Assembly (NCBI GenBank): GCA_046052125.1 | Contig: JBJOMY010000006.1 | Coordinates: 1-64,000, forward strand | Reading direction: 5' to 3' | DNA length: 64,000 nucleotides | From: Cyanobacteriota bacterium | Lineage (GTDB): Bacteria > Cyanobacteriota > Cyanobacteriia > PCC-6307 > Cyanobiaceae | Shown here: positions 9,496 to 19,696 of the stretch, piece after piece | How positions within the stretch are numbered: position 1 is the stretch's first letter | Layout: every line of letters starts with the position of its first letter | Translations under genes and position numbers: made by a program | The notes under the pieces: generated by a model | Databases searched by the model: none | What the model saw: only the letters and a program-made list of their open reading frames with translations | What the model was told of the DNA's origin: nothing

Positions 9496-10433
9496 TTCAG
9501 AGCCGGTCCCTTGTAACCAATCAGCTCAGCGAGCTTGGCCAAAGGCTTCACGCCGGAATCGAGCTGGCCCTTGATCTCCCAGGTGGGGTAGCCCTCGATC
9601 TTTTTGGCATCGCAGAGTTCCTTCTGGCTGCCCCTCCCATCCGGCGCACACTCGATCACGGTGAGCTTCTCGGTGGCTTCACGCCCGAACAGCTCCTTCT
9701 GCTCGTGGCAATGGGGGCACCAATAAGCGGTGTAGAGGCGAGCGCCTTGAGCCGTGAGCTGTTCAGCTAGAGCAATCGTGGCTGGTGTGCTCTCACTACG
9801 AACCGGTGGTGCCACACCTTTGCCGGTCTCTACCGCCGGCTGGCCCACCGAGGCAGCCCAACCCAGACCGATCACCGCCACCAGCAAGGCGGTGATCAGG
9901 CTGCGAAACACCAGCTGACCGCGATCCTCCCAATCGCCCCCAAACCAGCTGAGCACTAACAACGCCGCGCTGAGCGCAGCCGAAAGGATGCAGAACGGGC
10001 AGCAATCACGGATAGCAAACGCCATCACCCCGAGCAACACGGCGCTGAACACCGTCATGCCGGTGCTGAGCAGGGCCATGCCCCACCAGCTCAACGGCGC
10101 CAGCTTCTGGCGGGCTTCTCCCTGCAACACCAGAGGAACCACCGCCATCAGGAGCATGGCGGCATAGGCCAAAAAGCCAAACAGCGAGAGCGGCTGGCCG
10201 AGCAGGCTGCCCCAATCGCTCGAGAGCACTTTCTCGCAGCCATTGCAGCCGAAAAAGCCTTGACTGCTGCAGCTCAGCGCCCCGAGAACCCCCCATTTCT
10301 TCAACGTGATCGAACCGGTGTCGATCACACCGATCGTGGCCAGAACGGCCATCGCCACCCGGATCCACTTGCTGCCTGAATCGCCGCGGCGCCGCTGGCC
10401 TGCCAGGCGCTCACTGAGGCGGGAGGAGGTCAC
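9492..10433 (-). CDS. VKOR-thioredoxin fusion (SynDsbAB-type disulfide formation protein)
   Basis: VKOR TM domain with CPFC, then Trx domain WCPHC and IEGYPTW. Confidence 0.9.
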   Translation of the reverse strand: MTSSRLSERLAGQRRRGDSGSKWIRVAMAVLATIGVIDTGSITLKKWGVLGALSCSSQGFFGCNGCEKVLSSDWGSLLGQPLSLFGFLAYAAMLLMAVVPLVLQGEARQKLAPLSWWGMALLSTGMTVFSAVLLGVMAFAIRDCCPFCILSAALSAALLVLSWFGGDWEDRGQLVFRSLITALLVAVIGLGWAASVGQPAVETGKGVAPPVRSESTPATIALAEQLTAQGARLYTAYWCPHCHEQKELFGREATEKLTVIECAPDGRGSQKELCDAKKIEGYPTWEIKGQLDSGVKPLAKLAELIGYKGPALN

Positions 10434-10541
10434 AGGGGCTGCTCACTGCTGGGCCGATTGTGGCAGGCGTAAGCGAGTGCGGGCAGCACCTCTCGGTAGG
10501 GTGAGCGATTGGCCTGCGCGCGGCCGCATCCCCATAACCGA

Positions 10542-11954
10542 ATGAGCCAAACCGCCTCGCAACCCTCGACCCAAGGGCCAACCAAACCCACCGTGGCCTT
10601 CGCCCACCTGGGCTGCGAGAAAAACCGGGTGGACACCGAACACATGCTCGGTCTTCTGGCGCAGGCCGGCTACGGCGTGAGCGCCGATGAAGCAGACGCC
10701 AACGTGGTGGTGGTGAACACCTGCAGCTTCATTCAGGACGCCCGCGAAGAGTCGGTGCGCACCCTGGTGGAGCTGGCGGAACAGGGCAAGGAGCTGATCA
10801 TTGCGGGCTGCCTGGCCCAGCATTTCCAAGACGAATTGCTGGAGAGCCTCCCCGAGGCCAAGGCGATCGTGGGGACCGGCGACTACCAGCACATCGTGAG
10901 CGTGCTGGAGCGGGTGGAGGCCGGCGAGCGCGTCAAGCAGGTGAGCGCCAACCCCACGTTTGTGGCCGACGAACACCTGCCCCGCTACCGCACCACCAGC
11001 GAGGCAATCGCCTATCTGAAGGTGGCCGAGGGCTGCGACTACCGCTGTGCCTTCTGCATCATTCCCCACCTGCGGGGCGACCAACGCTCCCGGCCGATCG
11101 AGAGCATCGTGGCCGAAGCCCAGCAGCTGGCCGCTCAGGGGGTGCAGGAGCTGGTGCTGATCAGCCAGATCACCACCAATTACGGCCTCGATCTGGCCGG
11201 CAAACCACAGCTGGCTGAACTGCTGCGGGCCCTCGGGGAGGTGGAAATCCCCTGGGTGCGCGTGCACTACGCCTATCCCACGGGCCTCACTGAAGCGGTG
11301 CTAGCGGCCTACCGCGAGGTGTCCAACGTGCTCCCATACCTCGACCTGCCGCTGCAGCACAGCCACCCCGAGGTGCTGCGGGCCATGAACCGTCCCTGGC
11401 AGGCCGACGTAACCGGTGGCGTGCTGCGCCGCATCCGTGAGCAACTGCCCGATGCGGTGCTGCGCACCACCTTCATCGTGGGATTCCCCGGGGAAACCGA
11501 GGAGCAGTTCCAGCATCTGCTCGATTTCGTGGCCGAGCAGCAGTTCGATCATGTGGGCGTGTTCACCTTCTCGCCTGAAGAGGGCACCCCTGCCGCCGAC
11601 CTGCCGAATCAGGTGCCTGCCGAGATCGCTCAGGAGCGCAAAGACCGCCTGATGGCGCTGCAACAACCGATCGCCGCCGCCCGCAACGCCGCCTGGGTAG
11701 GCCGGATCGTGGATGTGCTGATCGAGCAGGAAAACCCCAGCACCGGCGAAATGATCGGCCGCTGCGCCCGCTTCGCCCCTGAAGTGGATGGTGAAGTGCG
11801 GGTGCAGCCCGGGGAAGGAGGCCTCTGCGCCGCCCCAGGAACCATGGTGCCGGTGCGCATCACCGCCGCCGACACCTACGACCTGATCGGTGAAGTAGTG
11901 GGGGCCCGGGCCATGGTGAGCGATGCCCTCGCTGCCCGACAGGCCGCGTCTTGA
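10542..11954 (+). CDS. rimO: Ribosomal protein S12 methylthiotransferase
   Basis: [35 protein letters not shown] domain. Confidence 0.95.
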   Translation: MSQTASQPSTQGPTKPTVAFAHLGCEKNRVDTEHMLGLLAQAGYGVSADEADANVVVVNTCSFIQDAREESVRTLVELAEQGKELIIAGCLAQHFQDELLESLPEAKAIVGTGDYQHIVSVLERVEAGERVKQVSANPTFVADEHLPRYRTTSEAIAYLKVAEGCDYRCAFCIIPHLRGDQRSRPIESIVAEAQQLAAQGVQELVLISQITTNYGLDLAGKPQLAELLRALGEVEIPWVRVHYAYPTGLTEAVLAAYREVSNVLPYLDLPLQHSHPEVLRAMNRPWQADVTGGVLRRIREQLPDAVLRTTFIVGFPGETEEQFQHLLDFVAEQQFDHVGVFTFSPEEGTPAADLPNQVPAEIAQERKDRLMALQQPIAAARNAAWVGRIVDVLIEQENPSTGEMIGRCARFAPEVDGEVRVQPGEGGLCAAPGTMVPVRITAADTYDLIGEVVGARAMVSDALAARQAAS

Positions 11955-13186
11955 TCGCATCTCTCGCTCAACTCCGGCGCCGGCTCACCCGGCATCAACG
12001 CACCACTTTTCTGCTCGCCTCCGGCATGAGCACCGCCGGTTCCTTTGCCGGGCTCACCGCCAAGGGCTGGCTGCTCATGGAAGGAGCGGGCAATCCCTTC
12101 TTGCTAGCGCTGCACTTCGCCCTGCTCACCCTGCCCACCCTGGTGGTGAGCGGGCCGGCCGGCGTGTTCACCGATCAGGTGGGCAGCGAACGGGTGCTGA
12201 TTCGCGCCCAATGGGCCCTACTGGGGGCCGCGCTGCTCGGAGCGATCGCCATCCCGATCAGCAGTGGCGGCCAACAAGATGTGCTCCTGCTGCTCAGCAC
12301 CTTGGGTATTGGCGTGGCCAGCGCCTATGAGCTCACCGCTCGCAATAAATACGTGGCCCTGCTGGTGGATGAGCCGGCGCAGCTCGGCCCCTATCTCGCC
12401 AGCTTTTCGGTGATCTTCAACGTGGGCAAGCTGGTGGGCCCACCCCTGGGCGGACTGCTGCTGGCCACCACCGGGCCCACCCTGGCCCTCAGCCTCGATG
12501 CAGCCACCTACCTGCTTCCGATCGGCACGCTGCTGTGGCTGATGGCCCCGGATCGAGAGCGTGAGCGCCGCAGCCAACGCGGCGCCAGTGCAAGCCTGGG
12601 CACGGCCTGGCGCGACTGCGGCCCTGCCCTGCGCCACGTGCTGCTCTTCACGGGCGTGGCCTGCCTGGTGGGGTTCTTCCATCCGGGCCTGGCGCCGCTG
12701 ATGGCCCTGAAGCTGCTGGGGCCTAGCCCGATGGCTCTCGGCCTCTTCACCAGCGTGATCGCCTGCGGCAGCATCAGCGCCGGCGTGGTGTTGCAACGCA
12801 ATGCCCAACCGCTGAGCCGCCGACCCGGCTTGCTGCTTGGCGGGAGCGTGTTGCTCACCGGCCTTGGTCAACTGGGCCTGGCGCTGCCTGCACCCCAGGC
12901 CTGGGGGTTGGCGATGGCCTTTGTGATCGGAGCCGGAACGGCGGCGCTGCTCTCTGGCACCAACCTGATCATCCAGGTGCATGCCCCACAGGTGCTGCGG
13001 GGGCGGATGGCTGGACTGGGACAGATCGCCTTCCTGGGAGGCGGAGGGATCAGCGGCTTGGTGGCCGCAGGCCTCACGGAGGCGCTGCCTGGAGGGTTGT
13101 GGAGTTGCTTTGCCCTGCTGGGGGTGTTGGGGGCAGGGCTGGGGCTGACGGAGCTGCTGCGTAAGGGGCGCACACGCCTGGCCTGA
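11951..13186 (+). CDS. MFS transporter
   Basis: About 12 hydrophobic segments; [20 protein letters not shown]. Confidence 0.85.
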   Translation: MIASLAQLRRRLTRHQRTTFLLASGMSTAGSFAGLTAKGWLLMEGAGNPFLLALHFALLTLPTLVVSGPAGVFTDQVGSERVLIRAQWALLGAALLGAIAIPISSGGQQDVLLLLSTLGIGVASAYELTARNKYVALLVDEPAQLGPYLASFSVIFNVGKLVGPPLGGLLLATTGPTLALSLDAATYLLPIGTLLWLMAPDRERERRSQRGASASLGTAWRDCGPALRHVLLFTGVACLVGFFHPGLAPLMALKLLGPSPMALGLFTSVIACGSISAGVVLQRNAQPLSRRPGLLLGGSVLLTGLGQLGLALPAPQAWGLAMAFVIGAGTAALLSGTNLIIQVHAPQVLRGRMAGLGQIAFLGGGGISGLVAAGLTEALPGGLWSCFALLGVLGAGLGLTELLRKGRTRLA

Positions 13187-13210
13187 ACGCCGCAGCTCCG
13201 ACTGAAGCGA

Positions 13211-13303
13211 TCAGATCAGCTTGATGCCGCGAAGCACAAAGGAAATGGCTGCTGCAGCCACCAGACCGCCACCCACCATGGCGAGATAAATCACGGGACC
13301 CAT
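13211..13303 (-). CDS. petL: Cytochrome b6f subunit 6 (not in ORF track)
   Basis: Hand-translated 30 aa MGPVIYLAMVGGGLVAAAAISFVLRGIKLI: single TM helix with the PetL-type ending LRxIKLI. Confidence 0.85.
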   Translation of the reverse strand: MGPVIYLAMVGGGLVAAAAISFVLRGIKLI

Positions 13304-13445
13304 TGCTGCACGTGTTAGGAAATGCGATCCCATTACAGCAGAGCCCACCACAACCCACCGGCCCACTTAGGGTTGTCGAACCAACACCGGTTGTCGCCAA
13401 CCCGGCGCGCCGTTGCTCAGATCCTGCGGATCGATCGATCACGGC

Positions 13446-15056
13446 ATGCGCACTCTCCTGATCTACCCGGAGTTCCCCAAAACCTTCTGGAGCTACGAAA
13501 AGATCCTGGAGCTGGTGAACCGCAAAGTGCTCCTCCCCCCGCTGGGGATGGTGACGGTGGCCGCTCTGCTTCCCCAGCACTGGGAGATGAAGCTGGTGGA
13601 CCGCAACGTGCGAGAGGTCACCGAAGCCGAATGGGCCTGGGCTGAGCTTGTGGTGATTTCGGGAATGATCGTGCAAAAGGCCGATATGGCCGAGCAGATC
13701 GCCCGCGCCAAGCAGCGGGGTTTGCCGGTGGCCGTGGGCGGCCCCTTTGCCAGCTCCACCCCGGATGCACCGGAACTCGATCTGGCTGATTTCAAGGTGC
13801 TTGATGAGGGTGAAATCACCCTGCCGATGTTCATCGAAGCCATCGAACGCGGCGAAGCCGGCGGACGCTTCTCCGCCAACGGCGACAAACCGGATGTGAC
13901 GGGCACGCCGATCCCGCGCTTCGATCTGCTGGAGCTCGACGCTTACGACTCCATGAGCGTGCAGTTCTCGAGAGGCTGCCCGTTCCAGTGCGAGTTCTGC
14001 GACATCATCGTGCTCTACGGGCGCAAACCCCGCACCAAGACACCGGAGCAGCTCGTGGCTGAACTCCAGCGTCTCTACGACCTGGGCTGGCGTCGCGCCA
14101 TCTTCCTAGTGGACGACAACTTCATCGGCAACAAGCGCAACGCCAAATTGCTGCTTCCAGCCATCAAGGAGTGGCAGATCGAGCGCGGATATCCCTTCAG
14201 CTTCACCACCGAAGCCTCCGTGGATTTGGCATCCGACGACGAGATGATGCGGATGATGGCCGAAGCCCGCTTTGAAGCGGTGTTTCTCGGTATCGAAACG
14301 CCGGATGAGGCCAGCCTTTCGGTGGCGGGTAAACACCAGAACACCCGCAGCTCCCTGGAAGAATCCGTGGATCGGATCACCAGCTACGGCATCCGTGTGA
14401 TGGCGGGTTTCATCATCGGCTTCGATGGCGAGCAAACCGGAGCCGGCGATCGGATCGTGCGCTTCGTGAGCCGCACCGGCATCCCCGCCGCGATGATGGG
14501 CATGCTGCAGGCCCTGCCCAACACCGGGTTGTGGCACCGCCTAGAGAAAGAAGGGCGCCTGATTCAGGAGAAAGCCGACGCCAAAGGTGTGAATCAGACG
14601 AACCTGCTCAACTTCATCCCCACCCGGCCGATCCGCGATATCGCCAACGAATACGTGGATGCCTTCTGCCGGCTCTATGAACCGAACGCCTACATCGATC
14701 GCGTCACCCATTACTACGGGAAAGTGGGCGTTCCGCGCTGGAAGGAGTTCTTCAAGCCCGAAAACTCCGACAAACCGGCGCTGCCCGAATCCAGAGACAT
14801 CAAGGCCCTGGCCACGGTGATCTGGCGGCAGGGCTTCAAGCGCAACACCCGCTTCCGCTTCTGGCGCTCATTGGCTCGCATCGCGCGGCGCAACCCAGCC
14901 AACTTCGAGCAGTTCGTGGTGACACTCGCCCACAACGAACACTTCCAGGAATACCGCGCTGTGGTGACACGGGAGATCGAAGAACAGCTGGCCTGCCTTC
15001 CTCCTGAGCCCCCGCCGGCACTGGCCGAGCCCTCGCGGGAACTGCAGCCGGTTTAG
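13446..15056 (+). CDS. B12-binding radical SAM protein (DUF4070 type)
   Basis: LLPPLG, SRGCPFQCEFC, LVDDNFIGN, GFIIGFD. Confidence 0.9.
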   Translation: MRTLLIYPEFPKTFWSYEKILELVNRKVLLPPLGMVTVAALLPQHWEMKLVDRNVREVTEAEWAWAELVVISGMIVQKADMAEQIARAKQRGLPVAVGGPFASSTPDAPELDLADFKVLDEGEITLPMFIEAIERGEAGGRFSANGDKPDVTGTPIPRFDLLELDAYDSMSVQFSRGCPFQCEFCDIIVLYGRKPRTKTPEQLVAELQRLYDLGWRRAIFLVDDNFIGNKRNAKLLLPAIKEWQIERGYPFSFTTEASVDLASDDEMMRMMAEARFEAVFLGIETPDEASLSVAGKHQNTRSSLEESVDRITSYGIRVMAGFIIGFDGEQTGAGDRIVRFVSRTGIPAAMMGMLQALPNTGLWHRLEKEGRLIQEKADAKGVNQTNLLNFIPTRPIRDIANEYVDAFCRLYEPNAYIDRVTHYYGKVGVPRWKEFFKPENSDKPALPESRDIKALATVIWRQGFKRNTRFRFWRSLARIARRNPANFEQFVVTLAHNEHFQEYRAVVTREIEEQLACLPPEPPPALAEPSRELQPV

Positions 15057-15077
15057 GCAGAGTTGGCTCTGCGTTGA

Positions 15078-15464
15078 TCAGTCCTGGACGTAGGCGCTGC
15101 CACTCTCCAGGCACTGCTCGGCTTTTTGCAGCTCACGGCCCAGGTAGAGGGCGTGATCCAAACAGCTGATCGGGAATGGTCCCTCCCCTTCCGTGAGAGC
15201 CATGCCGAGCTCTTTAGCGGAGCGGGCTCGGTAGATCCGCAACGGTTCGCGGGGCCCGCTGCCTTTGCAGCTGATCACCTCACCGGTGTCGGGGTCTGTG
15301 GCCAGGCCCCGTTCATCAATCCCATTGCCGTAGTGCTCGGCGATCAGCTCGCCAGCATCGCGATCGAGCTTGATCAGGAAATACCCCGAGGGATCGAGAG
15401 CGATGAAGCGCTGCGAGAGCCGCTCATCCAGGGTTCGGCGCTGCTCGGCTGAAAAGCTCGTCAT
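15078..15464 (-). CDS. DUF4346-like conserved cyanobacterial protein
   Basis: LDPSGYFLI, DHALYLGREL, C-terminal YVQD. Confidence 0.8.
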   Translation of the reverse strand: MTSFSAEQRRTLDERLSQRFIALDPSGYFLIKLDRDAGELIAEHYGNGIDERGLATDPDTGEVISCKGSGPREPLRIYRARSAKELGMALTEGEGPFPISCLDHALYLGRELQKAEQCLESGSAYVQD

Positions 15465-15473
15465 CGGCGGATG

Positions 15474-16658
15474 CTACGCCGCGGATTCCGTCAGCACTGG
15501 AGGCTTCGCGGTGAACGGCAACTCGGCATTGATCGCCTCGATCTCATGCAGCTGCTCGGCATTGGCCTCCGGCAGCCAGCGGCGCACGATTGCATCGAAG
15601 CGAGGGTGATACCAACGGTGCAGTGAGGCATGGGAGCGGGCCAGAAAACCGCGGCGGCGTTTGTGGCTACCCCCGGCACCGGGATCGAAGTGCTGGATGC
15701 CGCGCTGGATGGCCCATTCGATCGGGGCGTAGTAACAGACCTCGAAATGCAGATTCTCGATCTCCGCATCGCTGCCCCAATACCGGCCCCAGAGATGCGT
15801 GTCGGTGTGCACGCAGAGCGACATCGCCACAGGCTGTTCTGGATCACCGCGGTGGGCACTAAACAGCACGAGGTGCTGCCTGAGTTGAGCAGCGGCGTGA
15901 TCAAAGAAAGCCTCGGTGAGGTATTTGCTTCCCCAGGGACCCCAGCGGGCGCAGTGCTGCTCATAGAAGCCGTGCATGCGAGTGATCAACGCCGCTGAGA
16001 TGTCTTCACCCACAACGGCAGTGACCTGCAGGCCAGCCGCCTGCACGGCCTTGCGCTCCCGCTTGATGTTGCGGCGCTGGTTGGCATTGAAGCTGGCCAG
16101 GTAGGCATTGAAATCGCCGTAACCCTGGTTGCTCCAAAGGCTCTGTTGATTGAGCCAGGTGGCGCAACCCGCCGCCTCGGCCAGGGGCTGCCAAGCCGGA
16201 TCCACGTAGAGGAAATTGCAGCTGAAGATCTGGTGCTCGCGGCAGAAGGCATCGATCAGCTCCAGCATCAGCGCCGTGAGCGCCGCCGCATCCTCACCAG
16301 GCGCGGTGAAAAAGCGATAGCCCACCACAGGGCTCACCGGGCTCATGCCAAGCAGTTTGGGGTAGTAGCGCTGACCGAGCTGCGCAGCCAACTGAGCGAA
16401 CGACTGATCAAAGACGAATTCGCCGTAGCTATGCCCCTTGAGATACAGCGGAGCTGCAGCGATCAGTTGATCGCCCTGCCACAGGCCCAGATGGCAGGGC
16501 TGCCAGCCCTGCCTAGGCACCACACTTCCACTGCTCTCCAGCCCCACCAGCCAGGACCAGGAGTAGAAGGGGAGGGGTTCTGCCGAAACCAGGGCATGCC
16601 ATTGCGCTTCGGGGATGTCCGCCATGGCGCGATGCCAGCGGGCCGTGAGCTCTGCCAT
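15474..16658 (-). CDS. GNAT/FemAB-like protein (DUF482)
   Basis: KGHSYGEFVFD, GRYWG, HFEVCYY, GAGGSHKRRRGF. Confidence 0.85.
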   Translation of the reverse strand: MAELTARWHRAMADIPEAQWHALVSAEPLPFYSWSWLVGLESSGSVVPRQGWQPCHLGLWQGDQLIAAAPLYLKGHSYGEFVFDQSFAQLAAQLGQRYYPKLLGMSPVSPVVGYRFFTAPGEDAAALTALMLELIDAFCREHQIFSCNFLYVDPAWQPLAEAAGCATWLNQQSLWSNQGYGDFNAYLASFNANQRRNIKRERKAVQAAGLQVTAVVGEDISAALITRMHGFYEQHCARWGPWGSKYLTEAFFDHAAAQLRQHLVLFSAHRGDPEQPVAMSLCVHTDTHLWGRYWGSDAEIENLHFEVCYYAPIEWAIQRGIQHFDPGAGGSHKRRRGFLARSHASLHRWYHPRFDAIVRRWLPEANAEQLHEIEAINAELPFTAKPPVLTESAA

Positions 16659-16670
16659 CAACGCTGGAAT

Positions 16671-17114
16671 GTGGCGATCAAGCTAGGCAAACCCGGCCTG
16701 GCAGCGTCGTTAGGGGGGTTCAGCCTGATCCTGGCAACGGCGCCCGCCCAGGCCAGCCTGCTAGCCCCGTTGCTCAACCTGATGCGGCCGCAGCTGGAAG
16801 CGCGCATCACCGCGGCCTGTCAGCAGTGGGCCAGCGGCGGCGACCCCAGCCTCCAGGAACGCATGGCGCCCCCGTGCCGGGCCCTAGCGGGCCCCACCAG
16901 CCGCTGCCTGATCGAGGAAACCGAGCGCAGCGGCCGCAGTTTCGGTGTGATGAGCGAGCTGCTGGCGGGGCGCTTTGGCGATGACAGCGAGGTGGTGGTG
17001 AAGCGCTGTGCCGGGCGCTTGCTGGGCCTGCCGGCCGACAGTTTCATGGACGTACCCATCCGCGATCTGGCCAAGCGTTTCAAGGCTGCCGCGGCCCCAG
17101 CGCTGAATCCCTGA
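16671..17114 (+). CDS. Hypothetical secreted protein
   Basis: GTG start, signal peptide ending AQA, four spaced Cys; fills the gap between two minus-strand genes. Confidence 0.65.
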   Translation: MAIKLGKPGLAASLGGFSLILATAPAQASLLAPLLNLMRPQLEARITAACQQWASGGDPSLQERMAPPCRALAGPTSRCLIEETERSGRSFGVMSELLAGRFGDDSEVVVKRCAGRLLGLPADSFMDVPIRDLAKRFKAAAAPALNP

Positions 17115-17745
17115 AGCGCCGGTAGCGCAGCAGCAATTCCTCGCCCTCCAGACGGCGCTGCTCCAACAGCTGCCATTGGTTGGGCTCTAGAGCCACACCA
17201 GGCGGTAGCCAACTGTGGGGGCCGCCCAGGAGTTGCGGGCAGAGCGTGAGTTGCAGCTCATCCACACGCTGTTCCTGCAGCAGGGCCCCAGCCAACTCGG
17301 CCCCGCCGAGCAACACCAATCGCTGCAGGCCCCGAGCCCCGAGGGCGCTGATGGCTTCTGCCCAGGAATGCAGGGGCACAACGGCCTCAAAGCCCTCGGG
17401 CGCCTCGCTCAGCGATGGGCCCAGCAGCCAGCGCGTGAGGGGCTGGGAGAAAAAGCGCAACGGCGAATCGAAGCGGCCGGTGCGGCTCACCACCACAGCC
17501 GTGGGTTGGGCCGGGCGCCCCTGGCTGAGGCGCTGCTCCAGCAGATCCGGCTCGCGAATCAGGCAGGTAGTGCCATGCAGGCGCAGGGTGTTGGCGCCCA
17601 ACAGAGCTGCATCAGCCCAGGCCAGCGCCTCCTCCAGAACACGCCGGTCGCCGCGGCCACCGATCTGGGCCGCCCCTCCGGAGGGCGGGGCAAGACGGCC
17701 ATCCAGGCTGACCGCCAAGACCAGACGCAGCTCAGGCGCCGGCAA
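17080..17745 (-). CDS. RibD C-terminal (dihydrofolate reductase-like) domain protein
   Basis: LAVSLDGRLA, GANTLR, LLGGAELA, VDELQLTLCPQLLGG; TTG start overlapping the upstream stop inferred. Confidence 0.85.
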   Translation of the reverse strand: MPAPELRLVLAVSLDGRLAPPSGGAAQIGGRGDRRVLEEALAWADAALLGANTLRLHGTTCLIREPDLLEQRLSQGRPAQPTAVVVSRTGRFDSPLRFFSQPLTRWLLGPSLSEAPEGFEAVVPLHSWAEAISALGARGLQRLVLLGGAELAGALLQEQRVDELQLTLCPQLLGGPHSWLPPGVALEPNQWQLLEQRRLEGEELLLRYRRFRDSALGPRQP

Positions 17746-18694
17746 GGGCCTCAAGGGCCAGGGGCTGCATCCCAAGAGCCGGCACCTCGGCAAACACCTC
17801 AGCGGCGTTGTTCGGGCTTTCCTGCAGGCGCACCTTGTGCAGGCTGGCGCCGATGCCGGCGATGGGTGCACCGAGCAGATCGGCGATGTGCAGAGCGATG
17901 TTCTCCGCCGTGGGAACGGTGGTGGCGAAGTGAGCCACATCCTTGTTGAGGAAGGTGTGGTCGAAGGGCTCCACCACCAGATCGTCAACAAGAGCCTGAA
18001 GCGCATCCAGGTCGCAGACCATGCCGGTGCGGGGATCGATGGCACCGCGCACGGTGACCTCCAGCATGTAGTTGTGGCCGTGGCCATGGGGCCTGGCGCA
18101 CTTGCCGTAAATGGCGTCGTTCTCCTCGCTGCTCAGCTCCGGCCGGGCCAGGCGGTGGGCCGCAGCGAAGTGGGTCTTGATCGTGAGGAACGCTTCCATG
18201 GAATCGCCGAGCACATCGGCCCAGAGCTTGTCGGTTTCGTAAAGACGCAGCCCCATCAGGGGCAGGTGTGGCTGGAGGCGACGCCAGATCGCCAGGGTGA
18301 GCGCTTCGGTGGTGGGCAGCACACCACCAGGCTCATTCAGATCAAACTCCGGCCAAGCTTCATTGAGGAAGCGGAAATCGAGCTGTCCGGTGACCTGCTC
18401 ACGGATGGCATGTTTCACATCCGAAAGGTTGAGCACCATGCCATCCGCGTCGAGCGGGCCGCCCATGGCCACGATCAATTCGTAGTTGTGGCCGTGGCCG
18501 GGAGCGAGGCTGCAAGCGCCAAAGCGTGCTGCGTTCTCTTCAGGGCTCAGCTCCGGCAACCAGTACCGGTGGCTGGCGCTGAAGCAGGCCCGGCGCGTGA
18601 TCACGCAGGGCCGTCCTCGGCCGTGGGCATGCGGTGCTGCAGGTTCGGCGGGCACCGGGCTCGCCGGAGGCGCCGCCACCAGGGGCGGAGTCAT
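17732..18694 (-). CDS. Two-domain 6-pyruvoyl/6-carboxy-tetrahydropterin synthase
   Basis: Two repeats of F.A.H / C...HGHNY / T.E motifs. Confidence 0.9.
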   Translation of the reverse strand: MTPPLVAAPPASPVPAEPAAPHAHGRGRPCVITRRACFSASHRYWLPELSPEENAARFGACSLAPGHGHNYELIVAMGGPLDADGMVLNLSDVKHAIREQVTGQLDFRFLNEAWPEFDLNEPGGVLPTTEALTLAIWRRLQPHLPLMGLRLYETDKLWADVLGDSMEAFLTIKTHFAAAHRLARPELSSEENDAIYGKCARPHGHGHNYMLEVTVRGAIDPRTGMVCDLDALQALVDDLVVEPFDHTFLNKDVAHFATTVPTAENIALHIADLLGAPIAGIGASLHKVRLQESPNNAAEVFAEVPALGMQPLALEALAGA

Positions 18695-18754
18695 AGCTGC
18701 ATGAAGCAAGGTTGCATCCTAGGAATGTGAACTGCTGCCCTGCCTCGACAGCTG

Positions 18755-19378
18755 ATGACCCTTCCGCACGCACCGCTGCGCCAACGCCTGGAAGGGCTCA
18801 ACCTCTACCTGGTGGGAATGATGGGCAGCGGCAAGAGCAGCGCCGGCCGCCATCTCGCCGAGCGGCTGGGCTACCGCTTTCTCGATGCGGACAGCAGCAT
18901 TGAGCAGGTGGCCGGCCGGAGCATCCCGGAGCTCTTCGCCAGCGAGGGGGAAACCGGCTTCCGTGACTTGGAAGCAGCCGTGCTCAATCAGATCGCCAGC
19001 TGGCATTCGCTGGTGGTGGCCACCGGTGGCGGCGTAGTGACCCGACCGGAGAACTGGGGCCAACTGCAACAGGGGATGGTGATCTGGCTGGATGCCCCCG
19101 ATGCCCTGCTGTTAGAGCGGCTCAGCGCCGACCCCACGCCGCGGCCGCTGATGCAAAGCGCCGATCCCGCTGCGCGCCTGGCGGAACTGATGACTCAACG
19201 CCGGCCGCTCTACGCCCAGGCCGACCTGCACATCGTTCAAGACGGACGCTCCGCCGACCAGGTGGCTGAGCAGGTTCTTGAGGCGCTGCCCGGGGTGCTC
19301 AAAGAACGCACCGCCGCCCCACAGCACCGCCTGCAGGTGCGCAACGAAGCCGGCGAGCTGAGCAACTCGATCAACTAA
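18755..19378 (+). CDS. aroK: Shikimate kinase
   Basis: GMMGSGKS, FRDLE, VATGGGVV, RRPLYAQAD. Confidence 0.95.
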   Translation: MTLPHAPLRQRLEGLNLYLVGMMGSGKSSAGRHLAERLGYRFLDADSSIEQVAGRSIPELFASEGETGFRDLEAAVLNQIASWHSLVVATGGGVVTRPENWGQLQQGMVIWLDAPDALLLERLSADPTPRPLMQSADPAARLAELMTQRRPLYAQADLHIVQDGRSADQVAEQVLEALPGVLKERTAAPQHRLQVRNEAGELSNSIN

Positions 19379-19641
19379 CCCCTGGCCGGTGGCTCCAAAC
19401 GGATAGCAAACCACTGCACCACCAGCCCCGGTTCCAGCTCGAGCTCACAGGCGGTTTCCAGCAGCCGCTGAGCTCTGGCCGCAGCATCCGGGAGATCGAG
19501 CAGATCGGCTGGAACCTGGCCAAGCCGCGCCAGCTGCTCTTCAAGCCATTGCTGAGTTTCAGCCGCGCTGAGCATCTCCTGAGGGCGCCCGGGCTCGAGC
19601 ACCACATAGTGATCCAACTCACGAATCAGTGGATCAGACAT
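19375..19641 (-). CDS. Chlororespiratory reduction protein 7 (CRR7)-like NDH assembly factor
   Basis: MSDPL...HYVVLEPG, RLLETACELE, QWFAIRLE. Confidence 0.8.
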   Translation of the reverse strand: MSDPLIRELDHYVVLEPGRPQEMLSAAETQQWLEEQLARLGQVPADLLDLPDAAARAQRLLETACELELEPGLVVQWFAIRLEPPARG

Positions 19642-19696
19642 GCAGCACCGCGGCATCGCCAGGATCAGGGCAGCCTGCCATGCCCCTTCTGCCACG

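Noticed and set aside
13187..13445. Possible cobalamin riboswitch upstream of the B12-binding radical SAM gene
   Set aside because: No B12-box motifs seen; the space is largely explained by petL and promoters
17180..18730. 516-aa plus-strand ORF and many other long alternative-frame ORFs across the window
   Set aside because: They overlap well-supported genes, are Arg/Pro/Ala-rich, and are expected in high-GC DNA
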